A DNA stretch of 64,000 bases. Source: a virus (taxonomy: Duplodnaviria > Heunggongvirae > Uroviricota > Caudoviricetes). A model generated the notes under the pieces. The model saw only the letters and a list, made by a program, of their open reading frames with translations, made no database searches and was not told where the DNA came from. The position numbers and the translations under genes were made by a program. The stretch lies in the IMG/VR virus record IMGVR_UViG_3300028653_000011. One strand, 5' to 3'. How positions within the stretch are numbered: the stretch's first letter is position 1; each line of letters opens with the position of its first letter. Shown piece by piece: positions 36,837 to 46,456 of this stretch.

Positions 36837-38057
36837 GTGAAGGTCGTTCATCCCAGCGTTAGTGTGGCCACCGCATTGCAGCGTGTCTGCACGTTACTTG
36901 AAGATCTCAGCGGTCGACGTTTTTTAGCGCGGGGCAAAGAACACCTAAATGTTCACACTCGGATGCAGGCTGCCTTTGCTCTAAAGTTTGCGAGCGTGCT
37001 CGAGCAAGCGCTGTACGAGATTATCATGGCCCATGCACTTGCGGCTGAAAAATTGAGCCCAGGTGGTTTTGATCGGTGCCTTGTGTTGTTGATGGATGAG
37101 TTAGCGTCGAGTCCCGACGTCAGTCCATCCCGCCTTCATGAAACGATTGAACCCAAGCATCCGACGTCAATTGATGTCGATCGAGTCGTGTTAACACATG
37201 CCGCCATGGCCATTTATCCCGGGACTAAGGCCATGATCCGTGAGGCTTTGGGCCTTGCTGGATTTGCCGGGCGAATCATCATTGAAAAAACGCTAGCGTT
37301 GACGCCGTCCGTTGAACTTGTCAATGGTTACACTTTCAACCTGCAGAAATTATTGCCCATTGACGTCAACATCGTCAAGCCTCGCGTTTTTTGCATTGAC
37401 GGATACCTTGAAGAAGTGGCGGAAATACATCACTTGCTCGAGGCTGCGGCTGATGCTAAGGAACCATGCATCATGTTCGTTCGGGGGTTAGCTGATGACG
37501 TCAAGCACACTCTCAAGGTCAATTATGATCGAGGCAGCCTTCGTGTAATACCCATTGGCGTTAGGTTTGACCTCGAGGGCATGAATACTCTGATCGATCT
37601 GTCGATGGTCGCTGGTTGTGACCTAGTGTCGAGCTTGAAGGGTGACCTCATCAGTGCAATCAAGTTTCAGGAAGCGCCCAGAGTTGACCAAGTGATCACT
37701 TTCAAGGATCAGGTGGTTGTCACAAACCTGGTCACCCGCCGGCGCGTTGCGGCACATGTCGCTGAGCTCCGTGCCAGACGAGAAGGCGAAGCGATCGATG
37801 ACAAGGCCGGCCTATTCGACAAACGGATTCGATCACTGTCGCCGAATCACGTTGTCATTAGGTTGCCCGATGATAAGGACTTTGTCGTCAATTCACAAGC
37901 CATTGATTATGCCCTGCGCGCGACCGGATCACTGATCGGTCATGGCACCTTCGGCGCCGGCGGCCTCGCGGCGACTGAGGCCGCATCACGGGCGTATGCG
38001 AGCCGTTGCGTGGGTGTATTACGAGAAATAGGGGACGCCGTCACTCAGGATTCTTGA
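36837..38057 (+). CDS. Divergent Cpn60/GroEL-like chaperonin
   Basis: Apical-domain motifs 'ELVNGYTF', 'HHLLE...KEP', 'DVKHTLKVNYDRGSLRV', 'KRIRSL'; no GDGTT motif visible. Confidence 0.75.
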   Translation: MKVVHPSVSVATALQRVCTLLEDLSGRRFLARGKEHLNVHTRMQAAFALKFASVLEQALYEIIMAHALAAEKLSPGGFDRCLVLLMDELASSPDVSPSRLHETIEPKHPTSIDVDRVVLTHAAMAIYPGTKAMIREALGLAGFAGRIIIEKTLALTPSVELVNGYTFNLQKLLPIDVNIVKPRVFCIDGYLEEVAEIHHLLEAAADAKEPCIMFVRGLADDVKHTLKVNYDRGSLRVIPIGVRFDLEGMNTLIDLSMVAGCDLVSSLKGDLISAIKFQEAPRVDQVITFKDQVVVTNLVTRRRVAAHVAELRARREGEAIDDKAGLFDKRIRSLSPNHVVIRLPDDKDFVVNSQAIDYALRATGSLIGHGTFGAGGLAATEAASRAYASRCVGVLREIGDAVTQDS

Positions 38058-39021
38058 GTGCCCCAATGTCATCAAGAGCGTCCAACAGTGCCTGCGCGCT
38101 AGCATCATTGAGGCCAACCTTTTTGAAGACATCGCTGTCTTTCAAGCGATTGAACGCCTTCTGCTTGTGATCGGTGACCGCTCCTCCACCGCCCCTTTTC
38201 GTGCCCGGAGGTTGCGCCGGGTGTTCGCCGGTTGGTGTGGTCTTTGTTGTCACAGTGGTCTGCTTGGGTGGTTCGCCCGGTTGTGTTTGAGCCGATGGCA
38301 CTGTGGGTTCTGTCGTGTTACCACTCTTGGTCTGTACGTCGCCTTGGCCGGTGATCTGTGTTTTTAGATCAGGGGCTACATCAGCCGCCTTTGCACCCGT
38401 TTGAATTTTTTTGGCGATTTGAGAGAAGACGTTGACGGGAACCTTGATCAGTTCTTGTGCCAACGCTTGCCCATCAACATACGGGACTTTCTTGAACGTT
38501 CCATAGATGCCGCCCGGTGACAGGGCTTTACGAAGTTGGGCCGTGATTGATTTGAGTTTCTTTTCAGCGTCATTACCCGTGCCCACGATCGTCAACAAAC
38601 TCTTAGTAGTGTCGGCTCCTTGGAGATCGACGCCGTTGTTATTGAGGATGGTCGGGACCTGTGAGAATCCCTTCTCAAGCGCACTAGCGAAAGTCGTCAC
38701 CTTGACGATGGGGTTATCAACGCCGACCAATCCCTTGATTTTGCTCCAGGCTTTGGTGAGTGGGCCACCCACGGTGTACTTGTTGATTTCAGCCTGTGCT
38801 TGCTCGATTGCCTTTGATAAGACGGGAAGTTGGGGATTTTTGACGGTAGAGAGTTTTTGGATGATGGCGGTGACCTTGTTGAGGTCGTCTTCATTCATTG
38901 CCTCAATCAACAGGTTGGCTACGCGGTGTTCACGCATGAGCTGTTCATCGATCCTTTGCAATCGTTCGTTGAGCGACTGATATTTTCGTTCGGTGCGCCG
39001 CTCTTTGAGTGATTTGGCCAT
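38041..39021 (-). CDS. Hypothetical probable head/virion protein
   Basis: ATACTTA motif and AAGGA SD upstream; LNE/LIEA/MNE motifs; T/P-rich linker. Confidence 0.7.
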   Translation of the reverse strand: MAKSLKERRTERKYQSLNERLQRIDEQLMREHRVANLLIEAMNEDDLNKVTAIIQKLSTVKNPQLPVLSKAIEQAQAEINKYTVGGPLTKAWSKIKGLVGVDNPIVKVTTFASALEKGFSQVPTILNNNGVDLQGADTTKSLLTIVGTGNDAEKKLKSITAQLRKALSPGGIYGTFKKVPYVDGQALAQELIKVPVNVFSQIAKKIQTGAKAADVAPDLKTQITGQGDVQTKSGNTTEPTVPSAQTQPGEPPKQTTVTTKTTPTGEHPAQPPGTKRGGGGAVTDHKQKAFNRLKDSDVFKKVGLNDASAQALLDALDDIGALKNPE

Positions 39022-39074
39022 TGCGAGTTCCTTCGTTGTTTACTGTAGCTAAGTATGCGGTTAGATTCGACTAG

Positions 39075-39362
39075 GTGAAGAGCATGAACAAGAAGAGCCC
39101 GGCAGAACAAATTAACCTCGCGTCCATGAACTTGATGAACGCGGCTAAGGACGCGGTGACCACGAACATCATGACTGCGGTTCGTACCTCAAAAGTGGAT
39201 GTCAAACCAGAACAACTTTCAACGCTGTTGTTGATCGTCAATGCCTCAGTTGAGGAGGGATACCAGAGAGGATTTCGTTTCTTTTCTCACGTAGTCAATA
39301 CTGCACTCACCGAGGCCGTCACCGATGCGACAATGCCCGCACTGACAAAGAAGAAGTCATAA
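39075..39362 (+). CDS. Hypothetical protein
   Basis: Helical ORF with TAGATT 7 nt upstream. Confidence 0.7.
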   Translation: MKSMNKKSPAEQINLASMNLMNAAKDAVTTNIMTAVRTSKVDVKPEQLSTLLLIVNASVEEGYQRGFRFFSHVVNTALTEAVTDATMPALTKKKS

Positions 39363-39397
39363 CGCTAAAGGTGACTACGACGCCGAAGGGTGAATGA

Positions 39398-39865
39398 ATG
39401 GCGACCGGGCTAAAACACTTGATCACTTGCCGCTGTGTGTTGCCCCAATTCAAGCGGCGTGAAAATCCACCGCAACATCAATTTGTCGTGTTTTCGATCC
39501 TAGATGATAATGATGCTGTTCAACCTAAGTTCGTGCAGTGTAATAATTGTGGAATCATTCACAAAGTAATTGAAGTCAATCGATCGGTAATTGTGGCCGG
39601 CCGAGAAGACATGAAGTCAATTGCTGACATTGATGACATCAAATTGAATCTGTCACCCAATTTGTCGGCACTACTCGAGCAAAATAATGCTGATCTACCT
39701 ACTTGGGAGGCGGTTCAGTATGCAATTGTCAATGAACAATGGGGTAGTTTTATCGTCTTGTCGACCGATGAAGAAGACGGTCTCAAGCAGGGAAAATACG
39801 TTCGAATTTTAGGTCAGAATATGTTCAAGGTTGAAACTTTCACTCGAGAGGAAGTGGTGAGGTAA
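39398..39865 (+). CDS. Hypothetical zinc-binding protein
   Basis: 'CRC' and 'CNNCG..H'. Confidence 0.8.
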   Translation: MATGLKHLITCRCVLPQFKRRENPPQHQFVVFSILDDNDAVQPKFVQCNNCGIIHKVIEVNRSVIVAGREDMKSIADIDDIKLNLSPNLSALLEQNNADLPTWEAVQYAIVNEQWGSFIVLSTDEEDGLKQGKYVRILGQNMFKVETFTREEVVR

Positions 39866-39869
39866 TAAC

Positions 39870-40139
39870 GTGGTGACCTATGGACAGTCGCAGGCGGAAA
39901 AGTTGGCGGCGGAGAATGAAGTTTGCCGTCAGATCGTTCGAGAAGTTGCAAACTTAGGAATCAGTCAGCGACAGGCATTATTCGTGATGTACTTGATGGC
40001 GACTGAACTCGAGAATGGAGAGCACATGAAAGCTCTCACTCGTTTAGTTCGAGAGTTGGGAGGCGATGATTTATTCCTGATTGGCAAACCCCTAGTTGAT
40101 GTTGAAATGGGAGGTACTCATGGGACGATCGACGGTTGA
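39870..40139 (+). CDS. Hypothetical protein
   Basis: GAGGT SD; co-oriented with clpP. Confidence 0.75.
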   Translation: MVTYGQSQAEKLAAENEVCRQIVREVANLGISQRQALFVMYLMATELENGEHMKALTRLVRELGGDDLFLIGKPLVDVEMGGTHGTIDG

Positions 40140-40725
40140 AAATAGTGCGCATGGTCGTACTCATTCAGAGTCAGTTGACATGGAACCTGAACAGGCCATG
40201 GCGATGGCAGCACAGAATTCAAGGATCGTTTTTCTCCATGGAGATGTCACTGAACACTCGATTTCTAACGTTACAGCACAGATGCTGTTCTTGGCCAACA
40301 TCAATAACAATCCAATTCACTTGCTAGTGTCCACGTACGGTGGTTCAGTCGATGAGATGTTCAGTCTCTATGATCTAATCAGATTTCTACCGTGTCCTGT
40401 GCAGACAGTTGCTCTCGGCAAAGTCATGAGCGCGGGAGTTTTGATCTTGGCCTCAGGTGTCAAGGGTAAGCGTTTGATGGGTGCATCGTCTCGTATCATG
40501 ATGCACTCCTTATCAGGGGGTGCCATGGGCAATGTTTTTGAAGTTGAGAATCATGCCGTTGAAATGAAACGAGTTCATGAGCTAACGGTGACTGCCATGG
40601 CACGAGAGACAAAGATGACCAAAGAACAAGTTGCGGCGATCATGGATCCGAAGCTAGACTACTTTGTCACCCCGAAACAGGCGCTCAAAATGGGGATAAT
40701 TGACAGGATAATCGGCGCAGAGTGA
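40120..40725 (+). CDS. clpP: ClpP-family serine protease
   Basis: GGAGG SD before ATG 40120; 'STYGGSV', 'VMSAG' (Ser), 'IMMH' (His), 'DYFVTPKQALKMGIID'. Confidence 0.9.
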   Translation: MGRSTVENSAHGRTHSESVDMEPEQAMAMAAQNSRIVFLHGDVTEHSISNVTAQMLFLANINNNPIHLLVSTYGGSVDEMFSLYDLIRFLPCPVQTVALGKVMSAGVLILASGVKGKRLMGASSRIMMHSLSGGAMGNVFEVENHAVEMKRVHELTVTAMARETKMTKEQVAAIMDPKLDYFVTPKQALKMGIIDRIIGAE

Positions 40726-40765
40726 TGGTGTAAATCTCTAACGTGGTGGGGTATGGTAGGCTGAC

Positions 40766-42445
40766 ATGGTACAGCCTGATTATCAGCAATATTTTCCATT
40801 TGCGTCAATTCGAGATGAACAACGTGCCGCGATTGAATTTGTACTTGATGCATTCCTGGTTAAAAACAAGCGTTTTTGTATACTAGAGATCGGCACAGGC
40901 GGAGGTAAATCTGCCATCGGCGTGACGCTCGCGCGCTATCTTGCTGAGCACGGTGGAAAGACAGTTGCGCCCCCGATACTGGGGTTTGAGGACGGCGATG
41001 ACATTGAGACGACGGGAGCTTACGTCCTGACGACGCAGAAGATCCTGCAACAACAATACATGACTGACTTCGGTCCATCGTCGGGTCGCAACCTGATGAG
41101 GTCGTTGAAATCAGCCAACAACTATGAGTGCAGGTTCTACAGTGATCAAACGTGTGCAGAGTCACGACGATTGTTGAAACAGTTGGGAAAGCAACTCGAG
41201 GGTACAGAATTTCACAAGTGTTGCAGGGGTAGTTGTCCATACATGATTGACAAGCAGGAGTTCATTGAATTTCCGGTTGGCATCACCAACTTTTCGTATT
41301 TCATGGCTGAGACGATGTATGCCAAGCAGTTGCAACCAAGATCACTAATGATAATTGACGAGGCACATAACATCGAGTCAGAGTTGGGAAAATTCGTTGA
41401 AGTAACCTTCTCGGAGAGGTTTGCTAAGCAACTGGGATGTAAGGTACCCAAGCTGAACACTCCTGAGGATGTCATTACGTGGATCAGCGGGCCTTACAAG
41501 AAGGCCGTGACCAAGTCAATGAATGAGCTGGGCAAAAAGTTGTCCGTACACTTTGATAACGTTGCGACCGCTGGATTGGGTGACGTTAGCAAGAAATTTG
41601 AGATGCTCGACAAGCACTTGTGTAAGGTCAATCGCTTCATCGAAACTTATGATCCTACCAATTGGATTATGAATCCTGTCAAGACGCCGGCAAATGAAGC
41701 CCGTGGCGGGCGCAAGTTTGAGTTTAAACCCGTTGATGTGTCAGGATTTGGTCATGAACACCTCTATCGATTTGGTAGTCGTGTCATCATGATGTCAGCA
41801 TCAATCGTTGACAAGGACACCTTTTGCAAGTCGATAGGCGTGGTTCCTTCCGATGTGGCCTACCTCAAATTACCATCGCCATTTCCTGTTGAAAATCGTC
41901 CTATCCATTACTTGGGTGTGGGTAGCATGTCAATGAATTGCATTGACCAGACATTGCCCAAGCTCGCAGCGACAGTCAAGGACTTGCTTGAGTTACACAA
42001 GACCGACAAGGGCATCATCCATGCCGGGACATATAAGACGGCGCAGTACCTCATTGATCACGTCAAATCGACACGTTTGTTGCTGCATAATAGCGAGAAT
42101 CGCGAAGAAACAATTCACTTGCACCTGCAGAGTCCCAATCCAACAGTTCTAGTTAGTCCTTCAATGACTGAAGGTGTTGACTTAGCTGACGACGCCAGCA
42201 GGTTTCAGATCCTATGCAAAGTACCTTTCCCATACCTAGGTGACAAGGTTATTCAACTTCGAAAAGCCAGGAATTCAAGTTGGTATGCATGCCAGACGGC
42301 ACGTACAATCATTCAAGCTTTGGGTCGATCTATCCGCAACGAGGCTGATCATGCCACGTCATACATTCTCGACGCAGACTGGCTTCGCTTTTATCGAACC
42401 AATGCAGCAATGTTTCCTCCGGAATTTTTACTTGCATTATCATAA
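40766..42445 (+). CDS. DinG/XPD-family SF2 helicase
   Basis: 'GTGGGKS', 'LQQQY', Cys cluster, 'IIDEAHN', 'MSAS', 'EGVDL', 'KVPFP', 'QALGRSIR'. Confidence 0.93.
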   Translation: MVQPDYQQYFPFASIRDEQRAAIEFVLDAFLVKNKRFCILEIGTGGGKSAIGVTLARYLAEHGGKTVAPPILGFEDGDDIETTGAYVLTTQKILQQQYMTDFGPSSGRNLMRSLKSANNYECRFYSDQTCAESRRLLKQLGKQLEGTEFHKCCRGSCPYMIDKQEFIEFPVGITNFSYFMAETMYAKQLQPRSLMIIDEAHNIESELGKFVEVTFSERFAKQLGCKVPKLNTPEDVITWISGPYKKAVTKSMNELGKKLSVHFDNVATAGLGDVSKKFEMLDKHLCKVNRFIETYDPTNWIMNPVKTPANEARGGRKFEFKPVDVSGFGHEHLYRFGSRVIMMSASIVDKDTFCKSIGVVPSDVAYLKLPSPFPVENRPIHYLGVGSMSMNCIDQTLPKLAATVKDLLELHKTDKGIIHAGTYKTAQYLIDHVKSTRLLLHNSENREETIHLHLQSPNPTVLVSPSMTEGVDLADDASRFQILCKVPFPYLGDKVIQLRKARNSSWYACQTARTIIQALGRSIRNEADHATSYILDADWLRFYRTNAAMFPPEFLLALS

Positions 42446-42526
42446 CCATTCAGTGTGACTCAAGAGCCATGTCTGTTTTACAGACTACACCAGAGTGGTA
42501 TCATTGTCGGTGGAGGATCTTACATA

Positions 42527-42739
42527 ATGGAAACTGACAATCAAGTGATCGCAAAGTGGAATGAAATCAAAGAATTGATGGCATCGCACGAACTCGACGT
42601 TGCCAAGAATGCACGTGGTACGGCAGCAGCTGGTCTTCGTGTTCGAAAATGCTTGCGTGAGGTGCGAAACAAGGCGGCCGCGCTGGTCAAGTTGACGATT
42701 GAACTTGACAAGGGTAAGAAATCACAACCCACGGAATAG
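42527..42739 (+). CDS. Hc1-like (histone H1-like) small basic protein
   Basis: GGAGG SD; 'DVAKNARGTAAAGLRVRKCLREV' matches the Hc1 N-terminal motif (GNKAAGxRxRK). Confidence 0.75.
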   Translation: METDNQVIAKWNEIKELMASHELDVAKNARGTAAAGLRVRKCLREVRNKAAALVKLTIELDKGKKSQPTE

Positions 42740-42755
42740 GCTTAATTTCGTTGAT

Positions 42756-42780
42756 GAAACCTCGGCATGATCGAGGTTTT
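42756..42780. terminator. Likely bidirectional terminator between convergent genes
   Basis: GAAACCTCGG-CATGA-TCGAGGTTTT. Confidence 0.65.
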
Positions 42781-42798
42781 GTCGTTTAAGAAACATGA

Positions 42799-43077
42799 TC
42801 AACTATTGTTTCGAATCTTTTCAAAAATGCTTTTTTCGATTTGACAAATTCTCATCCTGGTTAGGCCATAGATTTGACCAATGTGTTGTAGCGTGTGTGG
42901 TCCATCTTGTGCAGCAATGTGTACACAATTATGGCCTTTAGCATATGAAATCCAGTGAGGACATCTGCTTCGTTGACAATCTACGTCTGCCTTTGCATGC
43001 ACCGCAAAACAGGTGGTACCGTCAACGACTTTATGTTCATTTTGAACGACCTTCAAGTGTTTCTTATTTTCTTGCAT
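42799..43077 (-). CDS. Stand-alone sigma70 region 4 HTH protein with Cys cluster
   Basis: 'HTLQHIGQIYGLTRMRICQIEKSIFEKI' resembles TLEEIG...TRERIRQIE; four Cys upstream. Confidence 0.85.
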   Translation of the reverse strand: MQENKKHLKVVQNEHKVVDGTTCFAVHAKADVDCQRSRCPHWISYAKGHNCVHIAAQDGPHTLQHIGQIYGLTRMRICQIEKSIFEKIRNNS

Positions 43078-43141
43078 GGTGGGGTGACCTACCTAATATA
43101 ATGCAACATAGAACCCTCGTGTACAAGAGATTCAAGGTGAA

Positions 43142-44590
43142 ATGACAATTTCAACTGATCACGGGACGCCGGCACTTGATACTGCAATCCCAGAACAAGG
43201 TCACAAAAAAATCTATGTGCTAGACACAAATGTATTGCTCAGCGATTCCAATTCAATTTATTCGTTCGATGAACACGATCTAATCATTCCCATGGCAGTG
43301 CTTGAGGAGTTAGATCAACATAAGAGTCGCCAAGATGAAGTGGGCCGTAATGCTCGGCACGTCAGTCGGACGCTTGATGATCTACGTGCACAAGGAAATT
43401 TGGTCGATGGCATTGACCTCCATTCAGGTGGAAGGTTGAGGATTATGTCGATTGGTACGTCTGTCTTTCAGAATATGCCAGTGGAACTCAAAGAGCAGAA
43501 GGTCGACAACCTGATCATCGCCTTCATGCTTCAACTACAGAAGAACGGTGAACGAGCAATTTTGGTGTCGAAGGACATTAATGTCAGGCTCAAGTGCGAT
43601 GCGCTGAGCATCAAGTGTGAAGACTACCTCAAGATGAGGGTCACGGATAATCCAGAAAAGTTCTATAAGGGCGTTGACGTCATTGAGCTTGATGAAGAAC
43701 TCATCGATCGTTTCTATCGGACCGGTGAATTGGATCTACCACCACACGTGTTGAAGGGTCGCAAGCTATATCCCAACCAGATCATCGTCATCAAGAACGT
43801 CTGTGACGGTCAAACAATCAAGTCAGCGCTAACCAAGTGTGTCGATCCTCTGAAGCCATTGGTTCCTATTGCTAAGATCGAGCAGGCCTTTGGTCTCAAA
43901 CCTCGAAACAAAGAGCAGACATTTTCACTAGATTTGTTGTTTGATGACAACATACGTCTATTGACGCTCATTGGACCATCTGGTTGCGGAAAGACGTTAT
44001 TGGCGCTAGCTGCAGGTCTTGAACAGTTGAAAGGTTTGGGATCTCCACACACCGCGCGCTACGATAAATTGATCGTCACTCGACCAGTTCAACCGGTCGG
44101 TAAAGACATCGGTTTTTTGCCTGGTACGCTCGAAGAGAAGATGGAACCATGGATCGCGCCCATCCGTGACAACCTGAATTTTTTGATGGACAGTCGAAGG
44201 AGTCGACCCCGACGAAAACGGCCGACCGACGAGAAGCCCACCGGCGATGACAACATGTACCTAAAACTGATGCAGGAGCGCGGCTTGATTGAGATTGAGG
44301 CGATCACGTTCATCAGAGGGCGGTCGATCCCAAATGCCTTCATCATCATTGATGAGGCACAAAATTTGTCAATGCATGAGCTGAAGACGATCATCACACG
44401 GGTGGGTGATAACACCAAGATCATCCTGACGGGCGACATTGAACAGATCGACAATTCTCACGTCGACATGTATACCAATGGTCTGACGTGTGCCATCGAA
44501 AAATTCAAGGATCATGCAATTGCCGGCCATGTAGCCTTCATCAAGGGCGAGCGCTCAGAATTGGCGACACTAGCCAGTAGAATATTGTGA
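43142..44590 (+). CDS. phoH: PhoH-family ATPase with N-terminal PIN domain
   Basis: 'VLDTNVLL', 'GPSGCGKT', 'IGFLPG..EEKM', 'IRGRS', 'IIDEAQN', 'GDIEQID'. Confidence 0.95.
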   Translation: MTISTDHGTPALDTAIPEQGHKKIYVLDTNVLLSDSNSIYSFDEHDLIIPMAVLEELDQHKSRQDEVGRNARHVSRTLDDLRAQGNLVDGIDLHSGGRLRIMSIGTSVFQNMPVELKEQKVDNLIIAFMLQLQKNGERAILVSKDINVRLKCDALSIKCEDYLKMRVTDNPEKFYKGVDVIELDEELIDRFYRTGELDLPPHVLKGRKLYPNQIIVIKNVCDGQTIKSALTKCVDPLKPLVPIAKIEQAFGLKPRNKEQTFSLDLLFDDNIRLLTLIGPSGCGKTLLALAAGLEQLKGLGSPHTARYDKLIVTRPVQPVGKDIGFLPGTLEEKMEPWIAPIRDNLNFLMDSRRSRPRRKRPTDEKPTGDDNMYLKLMQERGLIEIEAITFIRGRSIPNAFIIIDEAQNLSMHELKTIITRVGDNTKIILTGDIEQIDNSHVDMYTNGLTCAIEKFKDHAIAGHVAFIKGERSELATLASRIL

Positions 44591-44619
44591 GTTAGCAACA
44601 CTGGCAACATAGTTATGTC

Positions 44620-45366
44620 ATGACACAAGTGATGACTGAGGTGTTCTATGGTTATAAACACTGGACGCTTGAAGATCAACCACGTTGTTTCAACGTTGGA
44701 AGAGGTCGTAAAGGTCGGCCTGAGAGCTTAGCTCGTAATCACAAGTGGCACGGGATTGTGAAGCGTTATGGTCTTCGTGTTGAGATTATCGTTGGTTTTA
44801 AGTGTGGCAACCATGTGCACGACTTAGGAGAAAAGTGTCATGCTAACGAAGAAGCAAATTCTTGGGAGGTTGAATGGGTTGTTAAGGAGAACACGTTCTC
44901 GATAAACCATTCACATGATGATCCGAATGATATCGGGTGCAACTTCACAAGAGGTGGAGGCGGCGTAGCAGGTTGGATACCTTCTGAAGAATCTAAACGT
45001 AAAAATAGTGAATCAAACAAGATTTCTACAGCGGGCGAGAAAAATGGAATGTTTGGGAAGAAGCAAAAACCTGAAACAATAGCCAAAATTGTAGCGAAAA
45101 ATATTGGACGAAAGGATTCGGAAGAAACACGTCTCAAAAAAAGTAAAGCGAACACGGGCAGAAGTCATCCCGTATCAGAAGAAACGAAACAAAAATTATC
45201 TGAACTTCGCAAGGGAAAATCACCGTGGAATAAAGGAAAAAAGTTTGGTCCTAGGGAAATACCTCGTGAGTTCTCAGAACAAGCATGTAAAAATATATCG
45301 GAAGGCCACATGGGCGTTGCTCCGTGGAATAAGGGAAAGAAAACTGGAAAACGGCGCAAGGTGTGA
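44620..45366 (+). mobile_element. Free-standing homing endonuclease-like gene (degenerate GIY-YIG plus NUMOD3 repeats)
   Basis: 'FYGY...FNVGRG', 'NFTRGGGG', repeated SEE.K.K.S, 'GEKNGMFGK', 'PWNKGK'; AT-rich codons. Confidence 0.8.
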
Positions 45367-45440
45367 TGCGCTCGCAGATTCTCTGATCGACAGTCCAGCA
45401 CTGGTCTGGGTTGGTTCGTCGGTGTATATTTGTCTTAGGC

Positions 45441-46448
45441 ATGGGCATTCTTGACAACAAGTCTCGCGTCTTAGACACGATTGTGACCCTCGAGGGTCGC
45501 CGTCAGTTGTCGCAAGGTGGACTTGACATCGCGTACTTGTCATTTACCGACGGTGCTACTTTCTACAAGGCGGACGTAGCCAGTGGAAGTCAAGACGCTA
45601 CACAGAGAATTTTCTTCGAATCGTGTCAGTTGCCTCAGGATCAGATCACTTTCCGCGCTGATGATTCGGGTAATGTGTTGCCGTTCGGGAATGCCGACGG
45701 TATTCCACAATCGCCCGGTAAAATTTTGTCGTACACTTACACCGGTGTCAGTAGCACGTTGATCACTGACACTGCATCACAGAATACGTCGGCCTCACGG
45801 GGTCAATCATTTTCGGGGCATGTTGATGAACTGCTTGCTTCATCGGCCGACAATTTTCAGCGGTTGCGGGTCATCTCCACTCAAAACCAGTATTTTGAGG
45901 ACGGTGCATTTGGCTTGGGCCCAGAACAGGTGACATTCACCATTACCAACAACAAACCAATCAGCGATGCGAACCAATATGCCACTCACGTCAGTGCGCT
46001 GGATAGCATCTTCAGCGATCCTAGGTTCAGTAATTTGCCCAATTTCAAGTACTTGCCACCCACCAACAAGGTGTCAAATGCTGCCCTTGATCTGACCGAT
46101 CACCAAGCCACGAGCCAAATACAACTCGCTTCCTATGCTCCTTGGGGGCGTACGCAAGCCTTTGGATTGTCGTATGCACAGGTGATGCACGAGTTGCAGT
46201 ACTATGAACTGTTGGGTTACATGAGAACGTTCAACTTTGATCCCACCTCAATTCAAAACACGCTGGTCGGTCAATTCTTTGAGAAGAACTTTGACACGCT
46301 TCGAAAGCTTGACGTTGTTGATTATGGTCGTCACCGCACCGGTAGTCCGGCCGCTCCGACGGCCCACATCTTTTTTGTGGGCAAAGTTCAGGTAGATGAG
46401 AAGGGCACTGACACATTTCTTCACCTGTTTACGCTGGTCTTTGAGTGA
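45441..46448 (+). CDS. Putative tail/baseplate structural protein, paralog of 55954-56670
   Basis: Starts MGILDNKSRVLDTIVTLEGRRQLSQG; first gene of a long structural-looking run. Confidence 0.7.
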   Translation: MGILDNKSRVLDTIVTLEGRRQLSQGGLDIAYLSFTDGATFYKADVASGSQDATQRIFFESCQLPQDQITFRADDSGNVLPFGNADGIPQSPGKILSYTYTGVSSTLITDTASQNTSASRGQSFSGHVDELLASSADNFQRLRVISTQNQYFEDGAFGLGPEQVTFTITNNKPISDANQYATHVSALDSIFSDPRFSNLPNFKYLPPTNKVSNAALDLTDHQATSQIQLASYAPWGRTQAFGLSYAQVMHELQYYELLGYMRTFNFDPTSIQNTLVGQFFEKNFDTLRKLDVVDYGRHRTGSPAAPTAHIFFVGKVQVDEKGTDTFLHLFTLVFE

Positions 46449-46456
46449 GTTGAACG

